Origin: Microcystis aeruginosa NIES-2549
Lineage (GTDB): Bacteria > Cyanobacteriota > Cyanobacteriia > Cyanobacteriales > Microcystaceae
Reading direction: 5' to 3'
Assembly: GCF_000981785.2 (NCBI RefSeq)
Contig: NZ_CP011304.1
Span: 2,040,001-2,072,000 of the forward strand
Length of the DNA stretch: 32,000 nucleotides
Position numbers and translations under genes: made by a program
Notes under the pieces: generated by a model
Told to the model about the DNA's origin: nothing
Databases searched by the model: none
Seen by the model: the letters and a program-made list of their open reading frames with translations, nothing else
Shown: one piece after another, positions 8,200 to 16,168 of the stretch
How the letters are laid out: each line of letters opens with the position of its first letter
Position numbering within the stretch: position 1 is the first letter of the stretch

Positions 8200-8424
8200 T
8201 TAATCGTCATAAACGCGACACTCGGCGGCATCGGGATTATCATCACAATACTTTTGGAAGTAGGTTTTTTGGGGGTGGTCCTGACGTTGGTGAGCTGCTT
8301 CTGCTTGTAATTCTTCCACCGCATCCCAAGCGGCGGCGCATTCGCCAGAGGTGGCACCTTCCGTACTACAGACGGTTCTGGCGTTTTCTAGCTCTTCTTG
8401 AATTTTATCTTGGATATTGCTCAT
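8200..8424 (-). CDS. cp12: CP12, Calvin-cycle regulator that links GAPDH and PRK
   Basis: 74 aa with an N-terminal Cys pair (CSTEGATSGEC), the AWDAVEELQAEA core motif, and a C-terminal Cys pair ending CDDNPDAAECRVYDD. Confidence 0.95.
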   Translation of the reverse strand: MSNIQDKIQEELENARTVCSTEGATSGECAAAWDAVEELQAEAAHQRQDHPQKTYFQKYCDDNPDAAECRVYDD

Positions 8425-8492
8425 GATTCCTCTGGAATTGATCTATTGAATTAGGGGTCGAGAAGGTCGTCACCGACCTCCCCTCCCATTCA

Positions 8493-8526
8493 GAACCGTG
8501 CGTGAGATTTTCACCTCACACGGCTC
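8493..8526 (-). ncRNA. Group II intron domain V (catalytic hairpin)
   Basis: The minus strand reads GAGCCGTGTGAGGTGAAAATCTCACGCACGGTTC, a 34-nt hairpin. It matches the domain V consensus shape (GAGCCGU..GAAA..ACGGUUC) and begins directly after the IEP stop codon. Confidence 0.85.
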
Positions 8527-10371
8527 CTAGTTTGACTGTTCCCTTGTTAAGGATACAGCTTGACTTCTTTTGGTTTGCCTTGTATTATCTAGTTTGACTT
8601 CCTTAGATGTCAAATCAGGTGATTTCAGGCTTCCATCAGATGCCGATTTATCATCGTGACAGTGGCGGTGTAGTAATTGAAGGTTTTTATATTCATTCTT
8701 TCCGCCTAAGCTGAGAGGGTGAATGTGGTCAACTTCAATTAAATCCGATGGGGTGAAATACTGTCCACATCGGCTACACTTGCCTTGTTGCTTCTTAAGT
8801 AGTTTAGCTACTCTTGTCGGTGTGTCGATTGCTTGTCCTCGTCTGGTCGCCCAGTAAGTCCAATTTCCGTCGTAAGGTGAAGCGTCGGGGCGTACTAGGG
8901 TATGTCTGACGATTGGTGTCCAATTATGTTGCCATAAATGAAGACCATCTTTGGTCTTAAATAACCAAGATTCTTGTCTTTCTTTCTCATTGCTGAGTTT
9001 AACTGTACCCGGTCTAAAGTAGTTTCTCAGCTTTTCGTAGTTCGCTTTACCGCATCTTGAGACTGTCCATGCCCTTAACATTAACCAGATTGTGTGGTCT
9101 AGTTTACTGAAGGTATCCATAGATACTGCTCCTGAGTAGTAGTTAGCCCAACCTCTAATGATTGGGTTTAATTGACTAATCAGGGCTGATTGAGGTGCTG
9201 TCTTGTGTTTTTTGATTACACCTTTAATCGCTTCTGTGTGGGCTTTAATTGCTTTTTGGCTGGGTTTAATGTGGGTTTTGTGACCAATTAATCGTCTTCC
9301 CCCTCCTATTTTCCCAGATTTGTATTTTCCTACTGGATATTGCCTGATATTGAATCCTAGAAAATCAAAACCGGGTTCTTCTGTTTTCCCATTGTACTCA
9401 ATGGGGTTAAGTGTATGACACACTCTGGTTTTTTCTGGTTTGAGTTCTAATCCAATTGGTTTTAACCATTCAGAAATGGCAATCTTGCACTGTTCAATGA
9501 TTTCGAGTGAGGGGGAAATCACTACAAAGTCATCGGCATATCTTATGAGAACAGCTTGATTAGTAGCTTTCTTTTTGGGAAATAACGTTTCAATTAGTCT
9601 CGCCATTCCATCCAGTGCGATGTTGGCTAGTAGTGGACTTATTACCCCTCCTTGTGGTGTCCCGGTTTCTGTTTCTTCAAATACGCCTTTATCCAATACT
9701 CCTGCTTTGAGCCATTGTTTTATGTCTCTTTTCAGGGAGCTTGGATAATGAATTTTGGACAGTAAACAGTTGTGATTAATTCGGTCAAAACACTTGGCAA
9801 TATCAGCATCTAATACAAAGTAGCTACCTTGATTAATGGTGATGTATATCTTTGATATTGCGTCATGGGCAGACCTTCCCGGTCGGAAACCATAACTGGT
9901 TCCTTCCATTTTTGATTCCCATTCTGGCTCAAGTGCCGATTTAATCAATGCTTGTCTAGCTCTGTCTTTGATGGTTGGTATTCCTAATGGACGTTTTTCA
10001 TCCTTACCGGGTTTAGGAATCCATACCCTTCTTAATGGTTTTGCTTTAAGTGTTCCCTTGATTTCTTCGGTTAGATTTAGCCTTTGTTCTGGGGATACTG
10101 CTATCACTCCATCGACTCCTGCTGTTTTCTTTCCTTGGTTGTCTTGGGTTACTTTGCGAACTGCTAATAGACGAGCGTAGTACGATTTCACCAATAGACG
10201 TTGCAACCTTCTAACCTTTGCATCCTGTCCCGATTTAGCCGCTTGGTATATCCTCTTTTGAAGCTTAAAAACGTATCTTTGGACTTTCGCCCAATTGATA
10301 GCTTTCCATACATTCGTAGTCTTAGTGGTTTTCGGTTTTCCGAATCCTTTACCTTCTCTCGATTTCGTCAT
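8527..10371 (-). CDS. Group II intron-encoded reverse transcriptase/maturase with C-terminal HNH endonuclease domain
   Basis: 614 aa. RT motifs are present, including RRVWIPKPGKDEKRPLGIPTIKDR, FDRINH and the catalytic IRYADDFVV. There is a maturase X region (RGWANYY), then an HNH domain (CSRCG...EVDHIHPLSLGGKNEYKNLQLLHRHCHDDK). Confidence 0.95.
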   Translation of the reverse strand: MTKSREGKGFGKPKTTKTTNVWKAINWAKVQRYVFKLQKRIYQAAKSGQDAKVRRLQRLLVKSYYARLLAVRKVTQDNQGKKTAGVDGVIAVSPEQRLNLTEEIKGTLKAKPLRRVWIPKPGKDEKRPLGIPTIKDRARQALIKSALEPEWESKMEGTSYGFRPGRSAHDAISKIYITINQGSYFVLDADIAKCFDRINHNCLLSKIHYPSSLKRDIKQWLKAGVLDKGVFEETETGTPQGGVISPLLANIALDGMARLIETLFPKKKATNQAVLIRYADDFVVISPSLEIIEQCKIAISEWLKPIGLELKPEKTRVCHTLNPIEYNGKTEEPGFDFLGFNIRQYPVGKYKSGKIGGGRRLIGHKTHIKPSQKAIKAHTEAIKGVIKKHKTAPQSALISQLNPIIRGWANYYSGAVSMDTFSKLDHTIWLMLRAWTVSRCGKANYEKLRNYFRPGTVKLSNEKERQESWLFKTKDGLHLWQHNWTPIVRHTLVRPDASPYDGNWTYWATRRGQAIDTPTRVAKLLKKQQGKCSRCGQYFTPSDLIEVDHIHPLSLGGKNEYKNLQLLHRHCHDDKSASDGSLKSPDLTSKEVKLDNTRQTKRSQAVSLTREQSN

Positions 10372-11354
10372 ATAGACTTCTACTAGACTCTATCCTTACA
10401 ATCAAACCGTAACCTGTTAGCATATCTTGACTATTACCGTCAAGCGTTGGCTTTTGGTTACATCTCACACCCTTAAAGGCTTGCGCTTACACTTGTCACT
10501 ACTGGGTATTTCGACCGATACTCAGAGCCTAAAAGGGGTTATCACGTTCCGTTTATATGGGCATTCCATCTTTAGATTTGTCCTTTCCATCGGGGTACTT
10601 TTAAAGGTCTGTGTAAGTGACTAAGCGAGTTTCTTACTTTTCCCCTTGTTCTTTTGAACGTAGTGTATCAACCTATTTCACTACTTAATCGTTACGATGG
10701 TTCAGGTCAGACATTCGGCTCACGCCTAATCTTGGATGGTTGGCAGTGGTCTCGTTTCTGGTGTTAGGTTACACCTCGGAGCCTTCCGTTCCCCGCTTCA
10801 GTCCCAGAGTTGTGACTTCTGAATCTGGGGGTGGCTATCGCCGTTACTCTCACCTTTGTAGTAATTGTAAATAATTGTTACAAAGTGTTTTGACCTTGAG
10901 TCCCCTTGCCTAGTTTGGTATCGGGTGATACTAAACGTCGGGACATATAAACAGTTATAAGGTTGGTCTGGGTTGACCTCTTAGATTCAGTCAGGGGACT
11001 GAAGACCTTATTAGGCGGTTATTTCGGGCATTTCAGCCCTATTTCATGCCTAAACGTTTCGCACCACTCTAACAATTATACAGTCACCTTCTCAAACCAT
11101 AGGATCGGTTATCCCACTCGATCGCCTTTCCTGTGCTATTGAGCCAATCCTAGCGCAATTGTTGGGGAATTTAAGATCAAGATTTCCTGACTAGGCCAAT
11201 TTTTAGCCCAGATTTCGCACTGGAGAAACGCCACAGGGATTTCTCCCCGGGATAGACAGCGAGCAGAAGCATATATCGACTTATTTAGGCCGTCTTAGCG
11301 GTCTCGATGCTCCCTTAGACAGGGTGGCGCAGATCGAATAAGTTATTCTAGGGA

Positions 11355-11660
11355 CTAGGGGAAAAAGACTGTTTTGCTGGCAATAGTCAGCATTCCTGTC
11401 ACCAAAATGCCGACAATGCTAAGGAATCCAATGGTGGTAATGTTGACTCGTGCGTTGAGATCGTCAACCCGCTTTTCTAGTCGCGTAACTTTGGCATCTA
11501 AGGCCTTAATATCCCCTTTAATTTCTCCTAAACTGTTTTTGATCGCCTTCTGTCCATTTTCTAGGTTTGTCAGTCGGGATTCGATCGCTTTCTGTCCGCT
11601 AACGATTAAATCTTCTAACCTTTTCAGATCATTCTCGGTAACTGCCGTCATCAGTGACAA
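11355..11660 (-). CDS. Tail-anchored coiled-coil protein, unknown function
   Basis: 101 aa. It has heptad-like repeats (LENGQKAIKNSLGEIKGDIKALDAKVTRLEKRVDDLNARV) followed by a single C-terminal TM helix (ITTIGFLSIVGILVTGMLTIA). Confidence 0.55.
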   Translation of the reverse strand: MSLMTAVTENDLKRLEDLIVSGQKAIESRLTNLENGQKAIKNSLGEIKGDIKALDAKVTRLEKRVDDLNARVNITTIGFLSIVGILVTGMLTIASKTVFFP

Positions 11661-11841
11661 TCCTCTTAAAGTTGAATTTTTCCCCAGTCTCCTATCAATA
11701 CTCTATCAATATTTTCTCGGTCGAGCATTTCTACTCTAGAATAAAAGATATTGCAATCCCTGTTAGGGAATTTATTAGAAACTTGAGGTATGTAAATGTG
11801 ACATAATCACAGTTTCGCATTTAACCTTCATAAGATGGAAT

Positions 11842-12177
11842 ATGAATATCATTGACGCTTTAAATCTCAAAAAAACCCAAGATTACCCTTCTAGAGAAGC
11901 TTATCAGCAAGACGTTGTCAAAGCGGTACAGGTATTGATGCGTCTAGGTATTATGGATAGTCCCTCGGCCGATTTAACCGCTTCCCTAGACTCTATCCTT
12001 GAGAAATTACAAGAGGATGAACTGGCTATCTACGGTAGAAAACGCAGTAAACAGGAAATTATCGCCGATTTAAAGCAAGTTAATAGTGAAATTGTCGAAC
12101 TCGATCGAGAAATAGCCGACTTAGAATGGCAAATTGCCCTCAAAAAAGCTGAAATATCTGTTAATGAAACATCTTAG
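11842..12177 (+). CDS. Hypothetical protein with C-terminal coiled coil
   Basis: It is a 111-aa ORF, one of only a few plus-strand genes in the window. No motif was recognised. Confidence 0.45.
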   Translation: MNIIDALNLKKTQDYPSREAYQQDVVKAVQVLMRLGIMDSPSADLTASLDSILEKLQEDELAIYGRKRSKQEIIADLKQVNSEIVELDREIADLEWQIALKKAEISVNETS

Positions 12178-12235
12178 GGTTTTTTATCTTGATTCTGGTT
12201 CGGTTTCTCCAAACTGAGCGTAATAATCATCCGCA

Positions 12236-12517
12236 CTAATAAACTTCATCGTGAGTCCCAATTGACTCCAAAAGAATTGCCTGTTTCTGCTCATATTCAA
12301 CGAATTTAAAGACAATTCTTAAATCATAGCCCACACTACAAGCATAAGAGTCTTTAAGCTCCCCTTTTAATTTGTGTGTTCTTAATCGAGGTTGAAATGG
12401 ATCTACGGATAATAAAGCTAAAGTTTCTTGGATATTTTGAGCTAAAAAAGCCTGTTTTTTCACAATTTTTCGAGCATTTCTAATAAATATATTCGAGCGT
12501 AATAAAACAAAATTCAC
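12236..12517 (-). CDS. Type II toxin, RelE/YafQ (ParE-RelE superfamily) mRNA interferase
   Basis: 93 aa. THKLKGELKDSYACSVGYDLRIVFKF ... ILLESIGTHDEVY is the characteristic RelE/YafQ C-terminal pattern. It overlaps the upstream small gene by 4 nt. Confidence 0.8.
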   Translation of the reverse strand: MNFVLLRSNIFIRNARKIVKKQAFLAQNIQETLALLSVDPFQPRLRTHKLKGELKDSYACSVGYDLRIVFKFVEYEQKQAILLESIGTHDEVY

Positions 12518-12729
12518 GAAAGGATTTCCTCCATGATTTGTTCAGGTGTCAGGGGTTGACATTGACCTTGTGCAAATTCTTGTTGAGCTTCTTGAACATC
12601 TCTAAACAACTCTGTTCTTTTTTGATCTCGAAGACGATTCTGTAAAATATGAATGAGATTTTCTTGATCTTCAAGGGGAAGTTGCTCGGCTGCTTCTAGA
12701 ATCTCTGCAAAGGTTGTTTGTATTGCCAT
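12514..12729 (-). CDS. Cognate antitoxin of the RelE/YafQ-like toxin
   Basis: It is a 71-aa acidic helical protein whose stop overlaps the toxin start (ATGA-type coupling). The assignment rests on position and size only. Confidence 0.65.
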   Translation of the reverse strand: MAIQTTFAEILEAAEQLPLEDQENLIHILQNRLRDQKRTELFRDVQEAQQEFAQGQCQPLTPEQIMEEILS

Positions 12730-13028
12730 TTTCTTAAGGGGCGATCGATTAAACTATCTAGAATTTACAATCAAGGCTAAAAATAGCGAGAGTTACCGCA
12801 TAAACATTCATTATATCGATATTTTTTGTCTAGTCAACCCAGAGAACAAAAAAACAGAAACTTGACCTATATTCACTGGGTAGAGAATGTTATCTAGAAA
12901 CATTCCCGACATTTCCGAGAATGGCCAAGGGTTGCTGATTTTTTTCTTAACCACAAAGAGACAAAGGACACAAAGAGAGGGAGTAAGGGATTTCCACCAT
13001 TCTAAGAGCGCCAAGAGAGCCGAATCAT

Positions 13029-13703
13029 CTAAGGACTAATATGAATTTGACTGAGAATATAACGCAAGCGATCATAATCATCCTTAAGTAAAACACTTAA
13101 CTGTCTGCCCACATTCACTAACCATTGTCGATCGGCTTGACGCAATTGATACATCTGACGGATAGAAGCGGCTGCCAAAGCTTCCACGGGAGTATTTTTG
13201 ACCTGTAATAAAATTCGTAAAAAGTCTAATTGTTCACTAAAATAAACCACTTCTAACGACTCACATTGATAAACCGCCTGATGAATTTGTGGGGGACGGG
13301 GAGGAATATATTGATAGATATAACCTCGCCCAGCACCATTGCCATTAAATTGTCCGGGTAAGGTTTCAAAACCGACAATAGTTGCCCGAAATTCCGTTTT
13401 TAACATAGCGAAAATCTGCGGCTGTTGTTCCCGCAATTCAGCCAAAGATAACCCCAAAGCTCTAGCGCGATGTACCGAATCGATGGGTGCAGTGGTGGCA
13501 AAGGTGACAATCCCAAAAATCTTATTACCCGTTTCTTCATCGTAGGCTTTCACCCAACTACCAAAAGCGGGCATAAAAGGAAAGTTTAACTCCTCTGGTT
13601 CCAAACATTGCGCTAAAAACTCGGTCGTCGTCGTCTCGATAACTTCGGCGATATGATCGGGATGGCGGTTATCCGTGGCCAATTGCGGTAAGGGTGGACG
13701 CAT
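13029..13703 (-). CDS. Conserved-looking hypothetical protein (224 aa), probably co-transcribed with ndhS
   Basis: It begins 2 nt after the ndhS stop on the same strand. No motif was assigned. Confidence 0.6.
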   Translation of the reverse strand: MRPPLPQLATDNRHPDHIAEVIETTTTEFLAQCLEPEELNFPFMPAFGSWVKAYDEETGNKIFGIVTFATTAPIDSVHRARALGLSLAELREQQPQIFAMLKTEFRATIVGFETLPGQFNGNGAGRGYIYQYIPPRPPQIHQAVYQCESLEVVYFSEQLDFLRILLQVKNTPVEALAAASIRQMYQLRQADRQWLVNVGRQLSVLLKDDYDRLRYILSQIHISP

Positions 13704-13705
13704 GG

Positions 13706-13900
13706 TTATTTTTTGCCTTTAGCCGGGGCAATAATTACTTCTTCTAATTCCGAGAGATTAAAGGTGACTAACTTATCCCAGTTACCCCCCTCAAAAAGAA
13801 CGGCCACTTTCCCATCGCTTAAACGCTGGGCTAAACCTTCAAATTTATAATAGGTATCATCGGGATTGGTGACTCGAACGGTACTACCTGGCAAAATCAT
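13706..13900 (-). CDS. ndhS: NDH-1 complex subunit NdhS (SH3-like ferredoxin-docking subunit)
   Basis: 64 aa. [55 protein letters not shown] closely resembles the cyanobacterial NdhS (Ssl0352-type) sequence as I recall it. Confidence 0.85.
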   Translation of the reverse strand: MILPGSTVRVTNPDDTYYKFEGLAQRLSDGKVAVLFEGGNWDKLVTFNLSELEEVIIAPAKGKK

Positions 13901-13963
13901 AGGATTGACGACGAAATTATAATTAACTGTCTCTTAGCTTATCAAAATTTAGTGATCAGGGAG

Positions 13964-14021
13964 TCGTGACTTACCCCTACCTTCTGTTATCCTTCTTAGG
14001 CAATACGTCCCTGTTCTCTAC
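13964..14021 (+). pseudogene. 58-bp relic copy of an internal segment of the HNH endonuclease gene (matches 23244-23301)
   Basis: Hand alignment gives 53/58 identical bases in the same orientation. In-frame stop codons (TAG TGA) lie immediately upstream of the copy, so it is a fragment rather than a gene. Confidence 0.8.
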
Positions 14022-14189
14022 CCGATCAGGCGATCGCAATTCGTTCCTCAGGCGACAATTGTTGTACTGCTTAAATAAGCTGTTCTAAAGTTAAGGGAAT
14101 GGTTCTCATCGATTTTGCTTTAATAATTTATAAGTAGGTAGGCACAATTATTTGTAGGATGGGTTAGCGGTAGCGTAACATGAGCGGGA

Positions 14190-14218
14190 GTTGGGTTTCA
14201 TGCTTCAGCCCAACCTAC
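14190..14218. repeat. Hairpin repeat of the GTTGGGTT..AACCCAACCTAC family (GTAG-headed on the minus strand), copy 1
   Basis: It reads GTTGGGTTTCATGCTTCAGCCCAACCTAC and is related to the copy at 14900-14928. Confidence 0.75.
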
Positions 14219-14302
14219 GTTCATTTTATATTTAATTCCACCCACCTACTTAATTTGCTCTATTCAACCCTCAACCCCAGCCACAGGAGATCGCAATAAC
14301 TA

Positions 14303-14428
14303 CTAGGATGCGCTTTTCGATAGCGTAACGCACCAATTTAATAATAAAGTTAGTGCGCGGGGCGCGGATTGTTAATTTTGGTTTTTTATCAGAGATTATC
14401 ACCGCAAACACGCACCCTACAAGATCGG
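14303..14428. repeat. Solo copy of the ~118-bp REP-containing unit found in tandem at 15675-16160
   Basis: It contains AGCGTAACGCACCAATTTAATAATAAAGTTAGTGCG...GGATTGTTAATTTTGGTTTTTTATCAGAGATTATCACCGCAAAC, followed by CGCACCCTACAAGATCGG. Confidence 0.8.
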
Positions 14429-14459
14429 TGTACTGCTAGGCAGTGCCTTCGGCATCGCA

Positions 14460-14639
14460 CTATTGAGCATTCAGGTTTCTGAGAATTTTTTGTGCTAAAA
14501 ATTCTTTGATTTCTGTATGTCGTGGTACAGCTTCAATCACCCCAGTTTGAGGGTTAATCCAAAGAGAATGAGATGCACCCTCTCGCTTAAGATAACAACC
14601 AGCTTTCCGCAACTTTTTTTCTAATTCTTGACGTTTCAT
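14460..14639 (-). CDS. hicA: HicA mRNA interferase toxin (59 aa, below the ORF-track cutoff)
   Basis: Minus-strand translation gives MKRQELEKKLRKAGCYLKREGASHSLWINPQTGVIEAVPRHTEIKEFLAQKILRNLNAQ. This is the canonical HicA pattern (GSHxxw..., PRHxEI). Its start overlaps the hicB stop by 4 nt. Confidence 0.85.
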   Translation of the reverse strand: MKRQELEKKLRKAGCYLKREGASHSLWINPQTGVIEAVPRHTEIKEFLAQKILRNLNAQ

Positions 14640-14854
14640 GGAATGGAAATTGTCTCCTCGATCGCCTCTTTCGGTAGTCCTCGACGAATATCAGCCAAAC
14701 GATCTTCAAAAATTAGTTGAATAGCACTTTTTAAGCTTTCTTTGGCTTCTTCAATGGTTTCTCCTTGACCATTCGCACCAGGCACTTCAGGACAAATCGC
14801 CCAATATCCTCCTTCTGTTGCTGCCTCAATGATGGCGGTAAACTCTGCTTTCAT
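14636..14854 (-). CDS. hicB: HicB-family antitoxin (UPF0150-type, short form)
   Basis: 72 aa. FTAIIEAATEGGYWAICPEVPGANGQGETIEEAKESLKSAIQLIFE is the typical HicB N-terminal fold signature. Confidence 0.8.
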   Translation of the reverse strand: MKAEFTAIIEAATEGGYWAICPEVPGANGQGETIEEAKESLKSAIQLIFEDRLADIRRGLPKEAIEETISIP

Positions 14855-14899
14855 GAAAATTCCCTTAGATGTTTTATTAATTATGATAATACAGATAAT

Positions 14900-14928
14900 G
14901 TTGGGTTTCGTTCCTCAACCCAACCTAC
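14900..14928. repeat. Hairpin repeat of the GTTGGGTT..AACCCAACCTAC family, copy 2
   Basis: It reads GTTGGGTTTCGTTCCTCAACCCAACCTAC and is followed by AAGATCGGCGATCGCAC, the same tail seen at 14418 and 16137. Confidence 0.75.
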
Positions 14929-15012
14929 AAGATCGGCGATCGCACTAATTCGTAGGGTGTGTTAGCGATAGTTGCTCTATGAGTCAATAGTCAGCAACGA
15001 AAGTAGTAAAAT

Positions 15013-15078
15013 GTAGGGTGCGTTAGACGGCAACAATCTCTGCTCTTACTTAGGATTAGCAATCCGTCGTAACGCACC
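15013..15078. repeat. REP inverted pair (REPIN-like hairpin) immediately upstream of the RAYT gene
   Basis: GTAGGGTGCGTTAGACGG and, 33 nt later, CCGTCGTAACGCACC form an inverted repeat. A further REP head, GTAGGGTGTGTTAGCG, lies at 14952-14967. Confidence 0.75.
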
Positions 15079-15106
15079 ACCCACCAGATATATTAAAGAT
15101 AGAATA

Positions 15107-15658
15107 ATGCCTAATTATAGAAGACCTAATGTTTCTGGTGGTACTTATTTTATCACCCAAGTTACTTATCAACGTGAACCCTGGCTCTGTAGTGAAATTG
15201 GACGGAAGGCTCTCAGAGAAGCTCTTCAAAAGGTAAGAGAAAAACATCCTTTTTTAATTGATGCTTTTGTTTTGTTGCCAGATCATTTTCATTGTTTGTT
15301 AACTTTGCCACCAGAAGATAAGGATTTTTCTATGAGATTGCGATTGATTAAAACGTATGTCACCAAGCATTATGCAGAACAATTAGGTATTAATCGAGAA
15401 GTTTCTCAGTCACGAATAAAGCGCAGAGAGAGCAATCTTTGGCAGCGTCGCTATTGGGAACATTTGCTTCGAGATGAAAGAGATTTTGCTCTGCATTGTG
15501 ATTATATTCATAATAATCCCGTAAAACATGGATTATGTGCGAATCCGCAAGATTGGCAGTTTTCGAGCATCCATCGGTTTATCGCTCAGGGAATTTATCC
15601 GCCTAATTGGGGGAGCGATGGGATTAAAGAAATACCAACAGCAATTTGGGATGAATAA
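15107..15658 (+). CDS. REP-associated tyrosine transposase (RAYT; IS200-like Y1 HUH transposase)
   Basis: 183 aa with an HUH motif in LLPDHFHCLLTL and a catalytic Tyr region in CDYIHNNPVKHGL. It also carries WQRRYWEH. It is flanked on both sides by GTAG-headed REP palindromes. Confidence 0.85.
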   Translation: MPNYRRPNVSGGTYFITQVTYQREPWLCSEIGRKALREALQKVREKHPFLIDAFVLLPDHFHCLLTLPPEDKDFSMRLRLIKTYVTKHYAEQLGINREVSQSRIKRRESNLWQRRYWEHLLRDERDFALHCDYIHNNPVKHGLCANPQDWQFSSIHRFIAQGIYPPNWGSDGIKEIPTAIWDE

Positions 15659-15674
15659 TTTAATTATCAATTCT

Positions 15675-16160
15675 CGCAGGGTGCGCCATTCGATAGCGTA
15701 ACGCACCAATTTAATAATGAAGTTGATGTGTTACAGCCGATTGTTGATTTAGTTTTTTATCAGAGATTATCGCCGCAAACAAAAACATAAATCGTAGGGT
15801 GTGTTAGCGAAAGCGTAACACACCAATTTAATAATAAAGTTGGTGCGTTACGGCGGATTGTTAATTGAGGTTTTTTAACAAAAATTATCGCCGCAAACAA
15901 AAACATAAATCGTAGGGTGCGTTAGCCAAAGCGTAACGCACCAATTTAATAATAAAGTTGGTGCGTTACGGCGGATTGTTAATTTGAGTTTTTATCAGAG
16001 ATAATCACCGCAAACAAAAACATCAATCGTAGGGTGCGTTAGCGACAGCGTAACGCACCAATTTAATGACAAAGTTGGTGCGTTACGGCGGATTGTTAAT
16101 TTGAGTTTTTTATCAGAAATTATCGCCGCCTAACGCACCCTACAAGATCGGCGATCGCAC
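15675..16160. repeat. Tandem array of four ~117-119-bp units, each containing a REP palindrome plus a third REP half-site
   Basis: Units start near 15675, 15792, 15911 and 16028. The unit consensus is CGTAGGGTGCGTTAGC-n3-AGCGTAACGCACCAATTTAATAATAAAGTTGGTGCGTTACGGCGGATTGTTAATTTGAGTTTTTTATCAGAGATTATCGCCGCAAACAAAAACATAAAT. The array ends in CCTACAAGATCGGCGATCGCAC. Confidence 0.9.
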
Positions 16161-16168
16161 TACAATAT

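Larger units (their letters stand above)
8450..11064 (-). mobile_element. Complete group II intron (ribozyme plus intron-encoded protein), about 2.6 kb; the 5' boundary is less certain than the 3' boundary
   Basis: The minus strand starts GTGCGAAACG at 11064 and is followed by nested stems (TTAGGC..GCCTAA, GGGC..GCCC). Domain V lies at 8493-8526. A domain VI-like hairpin with a bulged A sits 8 nt before the terminal AT at 8450. The IEP ORF occupies the domain IV position. Confidence 0.8.

Noticed and set aside
8163-8357. ORF 8163-8357 (-), overlapping cp12 in another frame
   Set aside because: The cp12 frame has unmistakable family motifs, whereas the overlapping frame has none.
8527-10371. 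The reverse transcriptase as a possible retron or diversity-generating retroelement
   Set aside because: The maturase X and HNH domains, domain V/VI and the GTGCG 5' end identify it as a standard group II intron IEP. No template or variable repeats and no msr/msd-like structure were seen.
9968-10624. Plus-strand ORFs 9968-10180, 10201-10386 and 10427-10624
   Set aside because: They are antisense to the intron-encoded protein or lie within ribozyme domains I-III of the group II intron.
11216-11220. A second GTGCG on the minus strand (start 11220), preceded by the hairpin GGAGAAA..TTTCTCC, as an alternative group II intron 5' end (class C-like insertion after a terminator)
   Set aside because: The IEP has an HNH endonuclease domain, unlike class C introns. 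The hairpin lacks a T-run. The 11064-11220 segment contains a host-type HIP1-like GATCG site that is absent from the intron body. The sequence after 11064 forms the nested stems expected at the start of domain I. I could not confirm EBS/IBS pairing for either site, so this remains a formal alternative.
11374-11739. ORF 11374-11739 (+), antisense to the coiled-coil gene
   Set aside because: It is the mirror ORF of a heptad-repeat coding region. The minus-strand ORF has a coherent coiled coil plus TM architecture.
12811-13014. 67-aa ORF in the intergenic region between the TA pair and the 224-aa gene
   Set aside because: There is no convincing RBS, the composition is odd (Cys/Leu/Phe-rich) and no motif was found. 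It is probably non-coding.
15675-16160. Regularly spaced repeats that could be mistaken for a CRISPR array
   Set aside because: The whole ~118-bp unit is repeated, including the would-be spacers, so there are no unique spacers. The repeats contain GTAG-headed REP palindromes next to a RAYT gene, and no cas genes are present.
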